Source: Catajapyx aquilonaris (taxonomy: Eukaryota). From it: DNA of 56,436 nt. The stretch covers positions 1-56,436 of the forward strand of contig JYFJ02002469.1 in the NCBI GenBank assembly GCA_000934665.2, read 5' to 3'. A model generated the notes under the pieces. That model saw nothing but the letters and a program-made list of their open reading frames with translations, had not been told where the DNA came from and ran no database searches. The position numbers and the translations under genes are program-made. Shown here piece after piece: positions 36,587-47,000 of this stretch. Each line of letters begins with the position of its first letter. Position 1 is the first letter of the stretch.

Positions 36587-37945
36587 AGGGTCTCCCAAAG
36601 TTGATTCTGGCTTGTTGGTCTAATTGACGATGTCACTTGCCAAAGGGCCCAAGTCCCAAAATTTCGAAAAACCATTTTATTGCGGATTACTACTCTTGGA
36701 GTCGGGCCTCACAGCCCTGGTGAAGATGAAGAGCCAAAGTCAATCAGAAGTGCCTTAAAATTGAATGTGATGATTTGTGGTCCATTGCCTGCTACTGGAC
36801 TTGGGCCCTTTGGCAACTGACTGGACGTAAATCAGATTCTGATTGATGTTGATAATAATTAACAGAGTATGGAAATAAAACTGGTCACACCTTTCTTTGT
36901 AGTACTACTTTATGAATATGATATGTTCAGATGGACAGCAGGACAGGCATGACTATACCAGTGAAATTTGCAACATGAAATGTTGGTGCGGGTGTTCAGT
37001 TGCCAAAGGGCCCAATCCACTGATTTTGACCTTCAATAGACTCCGACCCATTGCTTTCTACTAGATTATGTTTATGCCACTAGGTGTGTATAATGGTGCC
37101 CTATTTCCTATTAGCATCATAAACTGCAAAACTCTGAATGGAGCAATTATGCAGTTTTTAGTCTCTCCTGAAAAATTTCACCTCGTGAACTTGGGCCCTT
37201 TGGCAAGTGACGTCTTCAATTGTTCTTACATTTCTGTCAAGTTCATCCCACAAAAACTCGACATGATTCAAATAGAGTTCAAGTCAGGTGATTGGGCCAG
37301 TCATTCCATATTTTCCAGTTCCGTTTTCTTCTTATTTGCTAAATAGTTCCTGAACAACTTCGAGGTGTGTTTTGGGTCATTATCCTGTTTTAGGACATAG
37401 CTATGACCAACCAGTCTCATGCCAGAGGGAATAGCAAGTGATTGGAAAATGCAGTGGTAACCTTCTTTGTACAAAATACCCTCAATTTGCACAAGGTCAC
37501 TCACCCTTTTCCCTGCAAAAGACCCCCACATGATGACTGAACCCTGTCTGTGGTTTACAGTTGGTTCTACGCATTGGCTCATCATCAGCTCACAGGTGAG
37601 CTCCAAAACATAACCTGTCTCGCTTCCCGCACAAATTTTGAACTTGGACTCATCTGTGAAAAGCGCCAGAGCATTGTTACACACTCCAGAGGTTTACGAG
37701 ATCAGCAACCGATTCTGATTGTTCTGCTTACATAGCAATGGTGTAAATGAGCAGCTAAGCAACCCTTGAGACCACGATCGAGCAGGTGATGCTTGGTAGC
37801 TGAGACTGATATTGGGATAGCTCACATATCATTCGCGTCTTTGCGAATTTTAGGGGCAGTGTCAGTCCTGTGGAGCTTTCTTAGGATGCAGATGAACTTG
37901 TCCTCCCTATCTGAAGTGACTCATGGTCTTCAGAGCGAATGCAGT
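36587..37945 (-). mobile_element. Degenerate Tc1-family transposase fragment (interrupted by the 36626-37217 element)
   Basis: RP*VTSDREDKFI, LFTDESKF, PTVNH-GSVIMWG, QDNDPKHTS, AQSPDLN, LWDELDRNVR and QLWETL motifs with stops and frameshifts. Confidence 0.9.
36626..37217. mobile_element. 592-bp non-autonomous TIR element with 4-bp AATT target duplication (possibly Sola1-like)
   Basis: 29-bp TIRs GA(C/A)GA(T/C)GTCACTTGCCAAAGGGCCCAAGT. AATT at 36622-36625 and 37218-37221. The empty site is visible in the paralogous Tc1 segment at 39356-39359. Confidence 0.88.
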
Positions 37946-38009
37946 TTGAAGGACCTTGAGGAATTTAACATTCTCCCTTTTCAAATAGTCCTCTTCCCCT
38001 GGCTCCTTT

Positions 38010-39240
38010 AGAAGGTACTTATAGTCTGTCCAATTTTCTGAGGCATTTATTCTGGCCCACCTTCCTGTCTTTCAGCTCATTTAGCAATCCTATCCTCTTT
38101 TCCTCCCAAGTCTTTCTCTGCCACTCTTCGTCATCTTCAACACCCCATTCCCTTTCCTTTCTTTTTAAGTCCTTCCACTGTAACTGATTTTCTCCGCTCA
38201 TCCTCATCACATCCGTCCATATCGTCCCCAACAGAGTGCCTTGATCCATACTCTCAATTTTGGCCATCCAACGTAATTCCCCGCCTATTGCCGCCACCTC
38301 CACCTCTACCACACAGTAAATACAATGTACCCTGGGGTATTTTTGGTCAACCCGAGCTATGGTTTTATAAATCCCTCCTGAACACTCTCCAGTACTGGCC
38401 CCACCTTCAATCCCCAAATCTCCACCCCTTGCAGGAGAATGGTTCTGACCAAGGCAGTGAATAAACTCTTGAACACTCCCCATTGCTCAATTTTAGCCAC
38501 AATTTTATACCATCTATTCAATAAAGAGATTCCTCTATAATTCCCCACTACCCCTTTGTCCCCACCGTCTCCCAGCGAGGCATGGTAACGTCTCGGCTTG
38601 CTGTGCGGAAGGTCCCGGGTTCGATCCCCGCCCAGGAGTTCCCCTTCGCCTGCATCAGGAGGGTCTCTGACCTGTGCCTTGGAGGTGTATGGCAACCTAA
38701 CCTCCAGGGAGACTGCACATGACTCTTTTTCAGACTTTGCACTTGCGTCTCCTCCCCAGAAATCCCCATCTTTACCCCATAGCCTTTCATCTTCGCACCA
38801 GAGTTGAAGAAAAATTAAAGAAAATTGATGGAAAATGGTTGAATTCCACCCCCCTCCTATCACATGGTAAAGTTTAAAAATATATATTTTTTAAAGTGCC
38901 TCCCTCCATTTCTCAGGGATTTCCTCTCTTTCCCAGATATAATTAACTAACCGAGCTACTACTTCTACCATCCTATCACCACCACCTTTAAAAATTCATT
39001 AACTATACCATCTGCCCCTGGCGCTTTCCTTCGTTTTTATCTCCTTATACTATCTTCTATCTCCTGGCCTGTTATCTCTCGATCCCACAAATTCATGCTA
39101 TCTTCTCTATTAATTGGGAATGCCACAGTGGTCCTACTCCTTTCCCCTTCCAAAAGTGCTACGAAGTGGTCTACCCAGGCCTGGTCAGTGATTGACTTAT
39201 CCACAGCCTGTCTCCCCTTGACCGTCCCTCTGTCAATTGT
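38010..39240 (-). mobile_element. Degenerate, internally deleted non-LTR retrotransposon (LINE ORF2) fragment
   Basis: WVDHF...REITGQEI...KAPGADGIVNEFLK, GDKGVVGNYRGISLLN..YKI and FTALVRTILLQGVEIWG motifs. The RT core is missing and stops are present. Confidence 0.85.
38564..38750 (+). mobile_element. tRNA-derived SINE inserted in the LINE remnant
   Basis: A-box-like CAGCGAGGCATGG and B-box GGTTCGATCCC. Interrupts the LINE frame next to the GDKG-NYRGISLL motif. 3' boundary approximate. Confidence 0.65.
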
Positions 39241-39267
39241 TACCTGCCAACCCACTAGAACAGGTAA

Positions 39268-39676
39268 ATATGGAATGGCCAGCCTAATCACCTGACTTGA
39301 ACCCTATTTGAATCGTCAAGCTTTTGTGGGATGAACTTGACAGAAATGTAAGAACAATTAGACCAACAAGCAAGAATCAACTTTGGGAGACCCTAAAGGA
39401 GTGCAGGAATAAAATACCAGTCGAGACTTTGCAATACCTTGCCTCCAGAATGCCTAGAATATGCAAAGCTCTAAATAAGGCCAAAGGCGGGAAATATGAA
39501 AAATTCAAAATTTAACTATGATAAGGAAGTGTGTATAGCTTTTCATTAGGTTTCTTAAAACACACTAAATTTTGATAAAATAAAGCTTATTTTATGTTTC
39601 TGAACTTTATATTAGAGCTTTAATGACCAAAAAATCATGTTTATAGGGGTGATGCTAAACTTCTGAGCAGAAGTGT
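39268..39676 (+). mobile_element. 3' end of the Tc1-family element with right terminal inverted repeat
   Basis: EWPA*SPDLNPI, LWDELDRNVRTIRPTSKNQLWETLKECRNKIP...LASRMPRICKALNKAKGG. Ends ...CTTCTGAGCAGAAGTG followed by TA. Confidence 0.85.
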
Positions 39677-40409
39677 AAGTTTATATATAAGATGTATACA
39701 CTGTATTAATCCAATCATTACCAATCATTACCAGCTTCTGGCATTTTGACATCCTTTGCAGTTGTTGTTGTGTCACCATTTTGAGCTGGAAAGTTACATG
39801 ACATTTCAATGAAGCACTTGTAATTGTCACCCATATCATTTACCTTTCTTTGCCGGTGTCAATTCTTCATTCAGGTAATAAATTGTAATCGATCTCATCA
39901 TTTGAGGACATCCCATCATTGATCTCTTCATCACCCACGTGCACGTCACTTGCATCTCCATCTGAATGAAGTTTAATTTTTAAAATACATTACAGAAATT
40001 TTATGAAGAATATTATACTGCAGCAGTTCTGAATTTGTCAATAAAAATATTTAAATATTATTATTGTTTATGGTCGCTAATAAGGTTGTATAACATAAAA
40101 GGTTTCATATTCACCAGGATAAAATAGAGGCATAAGGCTAAGGTATGGATCCTGCCCATCTGAATGTCGTTGTAGTAATGTTGAAACGTTATTAAATACT
40201 ATAAACCCTGATTTACATATATTGGAAAATATTATTACTTGTGCTTTGGCGGTATTAGATCCATCTTGGCGGGAGAATCAACAACCAGCCAACTACATAA
40301 GTGAAACTGATATATTTGAGAAAAACCTGTTCTTTCATCCCAATAACAGTTATAGACAGCAACTTTGGTAAGCGGTACTGTACACGCAGAAGCTATTGAT
40401 ATATCAATA

Positions 40410-40482
40410 CAGTGGAGCATCGATTATCCGAACAGAGTCTGCCAAGGGGGTGTTCGGATAACTGATTGTTCGGATACCCGAA
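40410..40482 (+). mobile_element. pogo/Tigger-like terminal remnant
   Basis: TA|CAGTGGAGCATCGATTATCCGAAC followed by inverted GTTCGGATAA sub-repeats. No matching second end found. Confidence 0.5.
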
Positions 40483-41225
40483 CTATGAAACTAAGAAACA
40501 GTGATATTAACCACACTGCACTTACTTTTTTGGGAAGACGTGTTGATGACTGTCACAACTGAAGGACAAATTACTTGTGCTGTGAAATAAAAAGGGAATA
40601 AATTGGAATGTTCCATACTGGCATCACAGGTATCAGACTCTATCAGTATCTTATAATTATTAGCTATCCGCAAACAAAGAGTGGAAAATAATACAGGGAG
40701 TTCCTGATGAGTAGGTCATCCGGGTGCCAGAAGATAAATTCGAATAAAACAAGTACAAAAGCTAGTGGAAAGGAATGTAAAGGAACCAACCTGTACCAAT
40801 GGAGAAGACATCAAAGATTCTGATTTGCCCCCTAGACATGTTCCGCAACATGGCCATGCACAGATTTGGCTTGCTGTACTGTATATGCCAGAATAGCTTA
40901 CAGCCTTACGTGGCAAGTGCCAAAGTCATTTTTCTTGTAAGCAGTGACTTTTTGAACTGAACTTACTATTAAGCAAATCGGTACTTTACTTCAGATACTC
41001 CTCAGAATTATTATGCTACCTAACAATTAGCGACTTATGCAATTTTTAGGGGGATGCCTTTAAATAACATCATAGAGGCAAACTTTACATCCGCAGCAAA
41101 AAGGGCCATGGTCTCAAAATGGGTAAGAATAAATGAAGAAACAGCTTACTGCATCTCAAATCAGAATCACTGATTGCTACCACTAGAAGTAATACAGTTT
41201 GAATAGTGACACAAATACCTTCAAT

Positions 41226-42973
41226 TTATACATCTTCATCTTTCTCCTGAACAATCCCCCATTCTTTGCATACATTGTGGAGAATGCAACATGACACAAT
41301 AATTTTGCATGCTTTTGATGGATCATACTCCAGTTGACCTTTTGACAAGTCAATACACCGGAATCTTGACTTCAACTCTCCTGCAAAGAGAGATGTAAAA
41401 ATCTTCTTTCATTATAACTACGAGATCACACTTACCTATGGCATGACTGATGAATTGATGCCCCTTTTTATGTCGCTGATTATACCTGTACTCTTTTGCC
41501 GTGGTTGGGTTTCTGACGGGTGTCAAAATGTATGGCTGCAAAGGATATCCTTTGTCTCCTAGAAGAGCACTCCTGGGCTTGATGACACCTGATTCAAAGT
41601 TGTGCTTGATTCGTGACTGATCCCACACATATGAATTGCTGCAGCTCCCTGGCCATTTTGCTACGACACTCAGAATCTGCCTCTTGGCATTGCATATCTG
41701 TATGAGAAAATTAATTTTGTCAGATCAGTCCGGATCAGTCTAATACAGGAGGTAACAATTTCAGTTATAGATGTTTCACTGTGTCATGCAAAATAATGTG
41801 GACTCTTCAATAGCACCAAATGATATGCAGCATATATCTGCGTAATGCCAAAACTGATGGCATAACTCAATATTGACATTTTTCTGGGTTGACCCATTAT
41901 TGCATAACACTGTCCAATTATCCCTCCGCTTTCGATCACTTCTGTGTACGTTGACTGACACCAAGTTCAACATATGTACCAGACACTACACATGGGTTTG
42001 CTGCTATAAATTAATTAATATATAACATGTTTTGATAATCTACGTATGTAAGGCAAAGTTTCTTTGTTTTTTGTTTTCCCCTGGCAACAGCACTTAGTTG
42101 GTGATGGAAGCAGGTCGTGTGAAGAATGGGCTACTCTGCTAGTCATGCATAACAAGAAAATAAAAATCCAAATTTCTAGGATTGTCTCATAGTAATGGAA
42201 GCATTGACAACTGCCTGGGAATGTAAAATTTAATTGAAGAAAAAAGATTTAACATAAACACTGCCTGAACTCGCCAACGTGCTTCCCTACTTCGTTTCTT
42301 TCTTGGGATGGCCTGCATTATTGCGTGGCTCTGGTTACATTTCAATACATACCAACTGTACATTGATGGAATGTGTGGACATCTTGTTGACATATGCATG
42401 TGGGTTCACACTTGGGGCTCTTATCTGTACATGGGTAGTGTCAATGGCACCCACAATGTTGGGAAGTCCACATGTTTCCTTGAACCCTGCCTGGAAAGAC
42501 GCAAAATGCCATCCATAATTAATGTGCATAACTAATAATTAATGGGATTTAATATCGTTACACTACGGTACCTTTGTCTTTTCCACTTCCTCCATGGGAA
42601 AGGCAACCAATTTGGTCATACCCTGCAACAGGGCATTCACAACCTGGTCCAGGGCATGACTAACAGTTGCTTGGCTGAACGGGTGATGATCGCTGCCGTC
42701 CACAATTGCTGCCTGGTATCCCCCCAATCCAAAGTACCTGAGAGCAATCAAAACCTTCTCCTCGACAGACAGTGCCCGAGGGTTGGTTCCCCGTGGAGAG
42801 AGGTACGGTCGAAGCTCATCGCAGAGGAAGAACACGGCGTCCTTAGGGAGGCGGTACATCAGGAGGAAGTGATCATCAGGCAGCTCAAAGGCATTCCTGC
42901 GGTCCCTCAGGACCCTCTCCCTACGGAAGTGGAGTCTCATCATCACGTCCACCACGTACGCAGCAGCCAACAT
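41226..42973 (-). CDS. Harbinger/PIF transposase-derived protein (HARBI1-like), four coding exons, catalytic Glu absent
   Basis: Exons 42973-42572, 42490-42353, 41697-41436 and 41380-41226 splice in frame. Motifs YRL, LSVEEKVLIALRY, SQATVS, GAIDTTHV, HSINVQL, KWPGS, LLGDKGYP, EYRYNQRH, LKSRFRCID, CCILHN. Probable non-coding first exon ending at 43145 (GAG|GTAAGC) spliced to 42982. Confidence 0.88.
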
Positions 42974-43275
42974 CTCAGGCCTCTGTGATCACAGACACTG
43001 CATGCAACCAACCTAAAACGGTCCAACCGGTGTAAGTGAATGTTCACAACTTCACATGCAGGCAGCTGTGCTGGGCAATGATACACCCTGCACGTGCAGC
43101 CACTGCAACGTTTAGATCTGTCCCGCACTGCCCCCGAGGCTTACCTCCGCCAGCCTCCAGAACCAGCCACAACTCTAAAGCCGGCTTGAGTTGCCTCGAC
43201 TCGAGTTTGTCTACATCGCCCGCGCCATGTTTGCAAAGCCGCGGGGGATGCTGGCGTACGAGAATGCATCTGTCC

Positions 43276-43291
43276 TCAGCAGATGGCAGCA
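43276..43291 (+). promoter_or_regulatory. CTCF-like motif
   Basis: TCAGCAGATGGCAGCA is close to the CCASYAGRKGGCRS consensus. Motif match only. Confidence 0.35.
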
Positions 43292-43521
43292 CCATCGCAC
43301 ACCCTGATTTAACATTAAAGGAATATTATACGCGTAAATAACATTGCAAATTCTCCCATGCAATGTGCAAAACGTATTGTACGGCAGCCTCTTCCCGGAC
43401 ATACCATCCGAATGGGATAATATGAAATGATGAAAACGTGCGAGCCGTTCATAGCGTGTGCTGAGAGGTGCGAGCAGGTCCCTCGTCGGAATGACAAGGC
43501 AGGAGGTGCAGCTGGGAACTC

Positions 43522-43686
43522 ATACTTACCTGGCACGGGACATACCTTGATCACCAAGGCGGTTGTCCCAGGGCGAGGCCCTTCCATTGCACTGCGGTTG
43601 GGTTGACCCCTGCGATTATCCCAAATGTGGATAACTCGAGTGCGTTATTTCTGGTAGTGGGGGACTGCGTTCGCGCTAACCCCCGA
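43522..43686 (+). ncRNA. U1: U1 spliceosomal snRNA
   Basis: 5' ATACTTACCTGG; helix H GCAC/GTGC; stem I GGGACA/TGTCCC with GATCAC loop; U1A loop ATTGCAC; stem III TTATCC/GGATAA; Sm site ATTTCTGG; stem IV GGGGG..GCGTTCGCGC..CCCCC; about 165 nt. Confidence 0.97.
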
Positions 43687-44003
43687 TCAACCAATCAAAA
43701 GACAATACAATTATCTGGGGTCATGCGGTACCTGCCGTATGCCCACGGATGTTACCCATTCATTGGCGTGATCTCGGTTAACCCGCGTCACGTTCTCTCC
43801 GATAATCTCACTTATTGTCTCATTGTAGGTTATGTATTTAATCACAACACATCGAATCTGGTCTGGACGAACCGTGTACTCAACAAGAATGATGGATTCA
43901 AATAAAGCGGGCCGGCCGGCATGTCAGGGTTGGAAATACCAACCCGCGCCTTATTTCCAGGCGTGCACCACAATGGTGGCAGTCGGAGGCGAAGGCTTGT
44001 AAA

Positions 44004-47000
44004 ATGCTCCTGCGGTTGCTTGGTCGGCTGAAGAACTGGGTGGTGTGGTCGTGGACGTACCTCTGGGCCTTCTGGTTCCTGCTGGTCGTCTTCGTGCTCT
44101 ACTACCTGCGAGGACCGCTCAAAATCAGCGAGAACATCAGCATGGGTGAGTCCCCCACTGGCTGTCAGGCCGTCTCTCGGCCACTCCAGGCCCCTACGTA
44201 GTATCCCGTTCATGCTGCGTGACCTCCAGGTTGTGTTGACTGTTGATGGGGTCAGAGTTCATGGTGTAGGATCAGCTGTGGCATGTCACGCCATGTTCGG
44301 TTACGTAAGTGAGGAAGGGTTGGATTCAAAATGCCCGCTTCTACGTGCAAACCTGCATCAAAGATGGCGGCCACTGCAGTAGCCTGCTTTATTACTGTGC
44401 GTATGGCCGTACCCGCTGGGGGTTAACTAGAGGTCAACCCCTGACATGTCCTCGCCGCCTTCACCAAACATGCTGGCCGCCCCTGGGCCGCCCCCAGTCC
44501 ATTTGACTCCATGTCAAGTGCTGCCACCTTTGAGGCAAGCAATAATGCTGTGGAGCACGAAGCCTGTAATAAAACACACCCTGTCCCTGGCTGACCTCGT
44601 TTACTCCCGTCAATCACACGTACATCAACCGTGGATACTTTTTTTCACCCCCACTGAGACGGAGGGGGGTGCTTCGAGTGTGGGCGGGAAAGCAGCTTTG
44701 CCCTTTGTGTGGAGAGGTCAAGGGGTGTCGGCCACGGAGAGACAACGGGGCAGGCAACGGTACTCGTCGGTGTCGACCGCGTGCCACCGGTACAGGAAGG
44801 GTCTGCCAAGGAGGGGCTCATCCAGTGGCGGTGGTGTTGCCGCGTCGGCGCAGGCGGAGTGGGGCAGCCAGCACCCCTCCCGGAGGCGGCACAACAAGGA
44901 GGGAGGAGTGGGAGGTATCGATCCCGCATCCTCCAGAGTGCCATCGATCTGCTGCTGGTGGTGCTCGAGGAGGGCTGCTTGGGAGAGACCTGCTCGGGAT
45001 AGGACTCGGATTCGTCTTCGGGATCAGTCCAGGCCTGGCCATGTGGGACTGTAAGGACAGGGAACTCGTCTTGGGCTCTTTGGACGGGGGACATAAGCCA
45101 CGAGAAACACTGCACTTGGCAATGTTGCTGGCCGGGTGGGCTTGCCATAAGGACAGCTGTGGAAGGGATTTGGGACTCTTCGTACAGGTTGTCATAGGCT
45201 GTTAATGCAAATTTTAGAGTTGCAACTAGGTCACAGATGCTGCAAATTCGCTGGGTGTAGTCACGAGCCAGCGTTATGGTACTCTCCAATGTAATCATGC
45301 AGTTTCACATTGGGGTGGAGGCATTAGCAGTTTTGCATTGAACTCGTTGCAGCTGCTGACCAGTCACTATGGCCACTAATGCACCAGTGATTAATAGTAA
45401 TGCTTTTAATGTAGCAACCGTGAAGGCTGAGGATGCTATTCATGAAAATGTCACAGGTGGTATATTGGGCCAAATGATGTTCATTGTTCTTCTTGGATTG
45501 CTGCCATTCAGCTGCCACTCTCTGACAGGAGTAATACCTGTTGAAGCGGCATATTCCTAAAGAGATGTGATACGCTACAACTCATGCCATGTACAGTAAT
45601 AGTCTTATTATCAGCATTGTTGTCATTGTGATGCCATCAGCACCAACAAGTTCCAATGTGATTATAACAGAAGGTCCTGGTAACGTGAGTGAGCGTTGCC
45701 TCATTTGCTGATCAGTACTCTGCTTTTATTGTGGCATAAAGGATTTGGTTGACATGTGTCAATGGATGATACCTTTACAATTTATTTTACTTTCAGTAAC
45801 TGTTTTAATGGGATAAATTCCCCCTGTATGCAACAATGTGCTGATACATGTGGCTAATGTTTTGTGTTTTGCAGCAACAACTTTCCTGAGCACCCTGACA
45901 CCAAAATTCTATGTGGCGCTTACTGGGACTTCCTCACTCATCTCCGGTCTCATTTTGGTATGAATATAGCTAGTGTTGTATGCTCAGGTAAAGGCAATTT
46001 CAATATTGATTTCATTTTCAGATATTTGAATGGTGGTACTTCCGGAAGTATGGGACATCCTTCATAGAGCAGATGTCTTTGAATCACCTGAGCCCATGGA
46101 TCGGAGGTGGTGAAACTGCAGGTGCCACTGGGGGGGCCAATGGAACAGGAGGGAACGGTGGGGGGTCGTCTGGATCAGGTGGAGGAGGGGCTGGTAGCAG
46201 TAGCGGAGGAAGTTCTTCAAGCAATGGAACAAGCAGAGGGCAATCTCAATCTGTACCAGGTGATTATACAGGATGCTGCCCAAATCTGCAGTAGAGGAGT
46301 GGGGTCAATGGGAGTGAGAACATGTTGGTTTGCTCACTTAAATTTCAACTTGCAATATGTGCTATAAGGCTTCCTCTGCAGTATGGAGTGTTTTTAAATC
46401 TCTGCTGTAGACATGGAGGTAGCTGGTAATTATTTACTGTCTTAAAAATATATTTTTGGAATGTGGAAATGGAAACAATTTGGTGGAACCTCCAAAGTGC
46501 TGTCATTAGTCCAGATGTGCCCACAATGTAATAGTTTTGTGGAAAGTCTTTTTTTTCTGGTAATGCTTTAAGATGTAAAACATCTGTTGGATACATGCAG
46601 TCCACCTCCTAAATACAAAAATACTCCAATTTATAAAGAGAAGCCCAAACTGTTGGTTAAATCACCACACTCCAGCAACCCATGATCATGACCAACTGGC
46701 ACTTGCTAGTTATATTGTGAAAATCTACACAAAGTATTGCATCAAGATATTTATTGTGGTTGACTTTACAAATTCTATGTCATTCAATATTACAGAGTGC
46801 AAAGTATGGCACAACCCACTGAATCTCTTCCGAGGATCAGAGTACCAACGCTTTTTATGGGCAACCAACAAGGAGCCCTTGACATATTACGACATGAATT
46901 TATCTGCGCAGGATCACCAGACTTTTTTTACTTGTGAAGCTGATTCTTCTCGACCAGAATATGAAAGTGAGCATGGTTTTATCATTTCATTTTACCTGAG

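Noticed and set aside
38567..38640. tRNA gene
   Set aside because: Has a B-box and T-arm but no convincing acceptor stem or cloverleaf; it sits inside a LINE and has a decayed relative near 5411, so it is a SINE head.
44446..45298. Nested 178-217 aa ORFs in ST7 intron 1
   Set aside because: Open in most frames because of high GC, with no domain; better explained as the promoter and 5' UTR of the MWDS exon, although a small antisense peptide gene cannot be fully excluded.
46100..46250. Gly/Ser-rich tract in ST7 as a novelty
   Set aside because: A similar low-complexity tract occurs at this position in insect ST7 as I recall.
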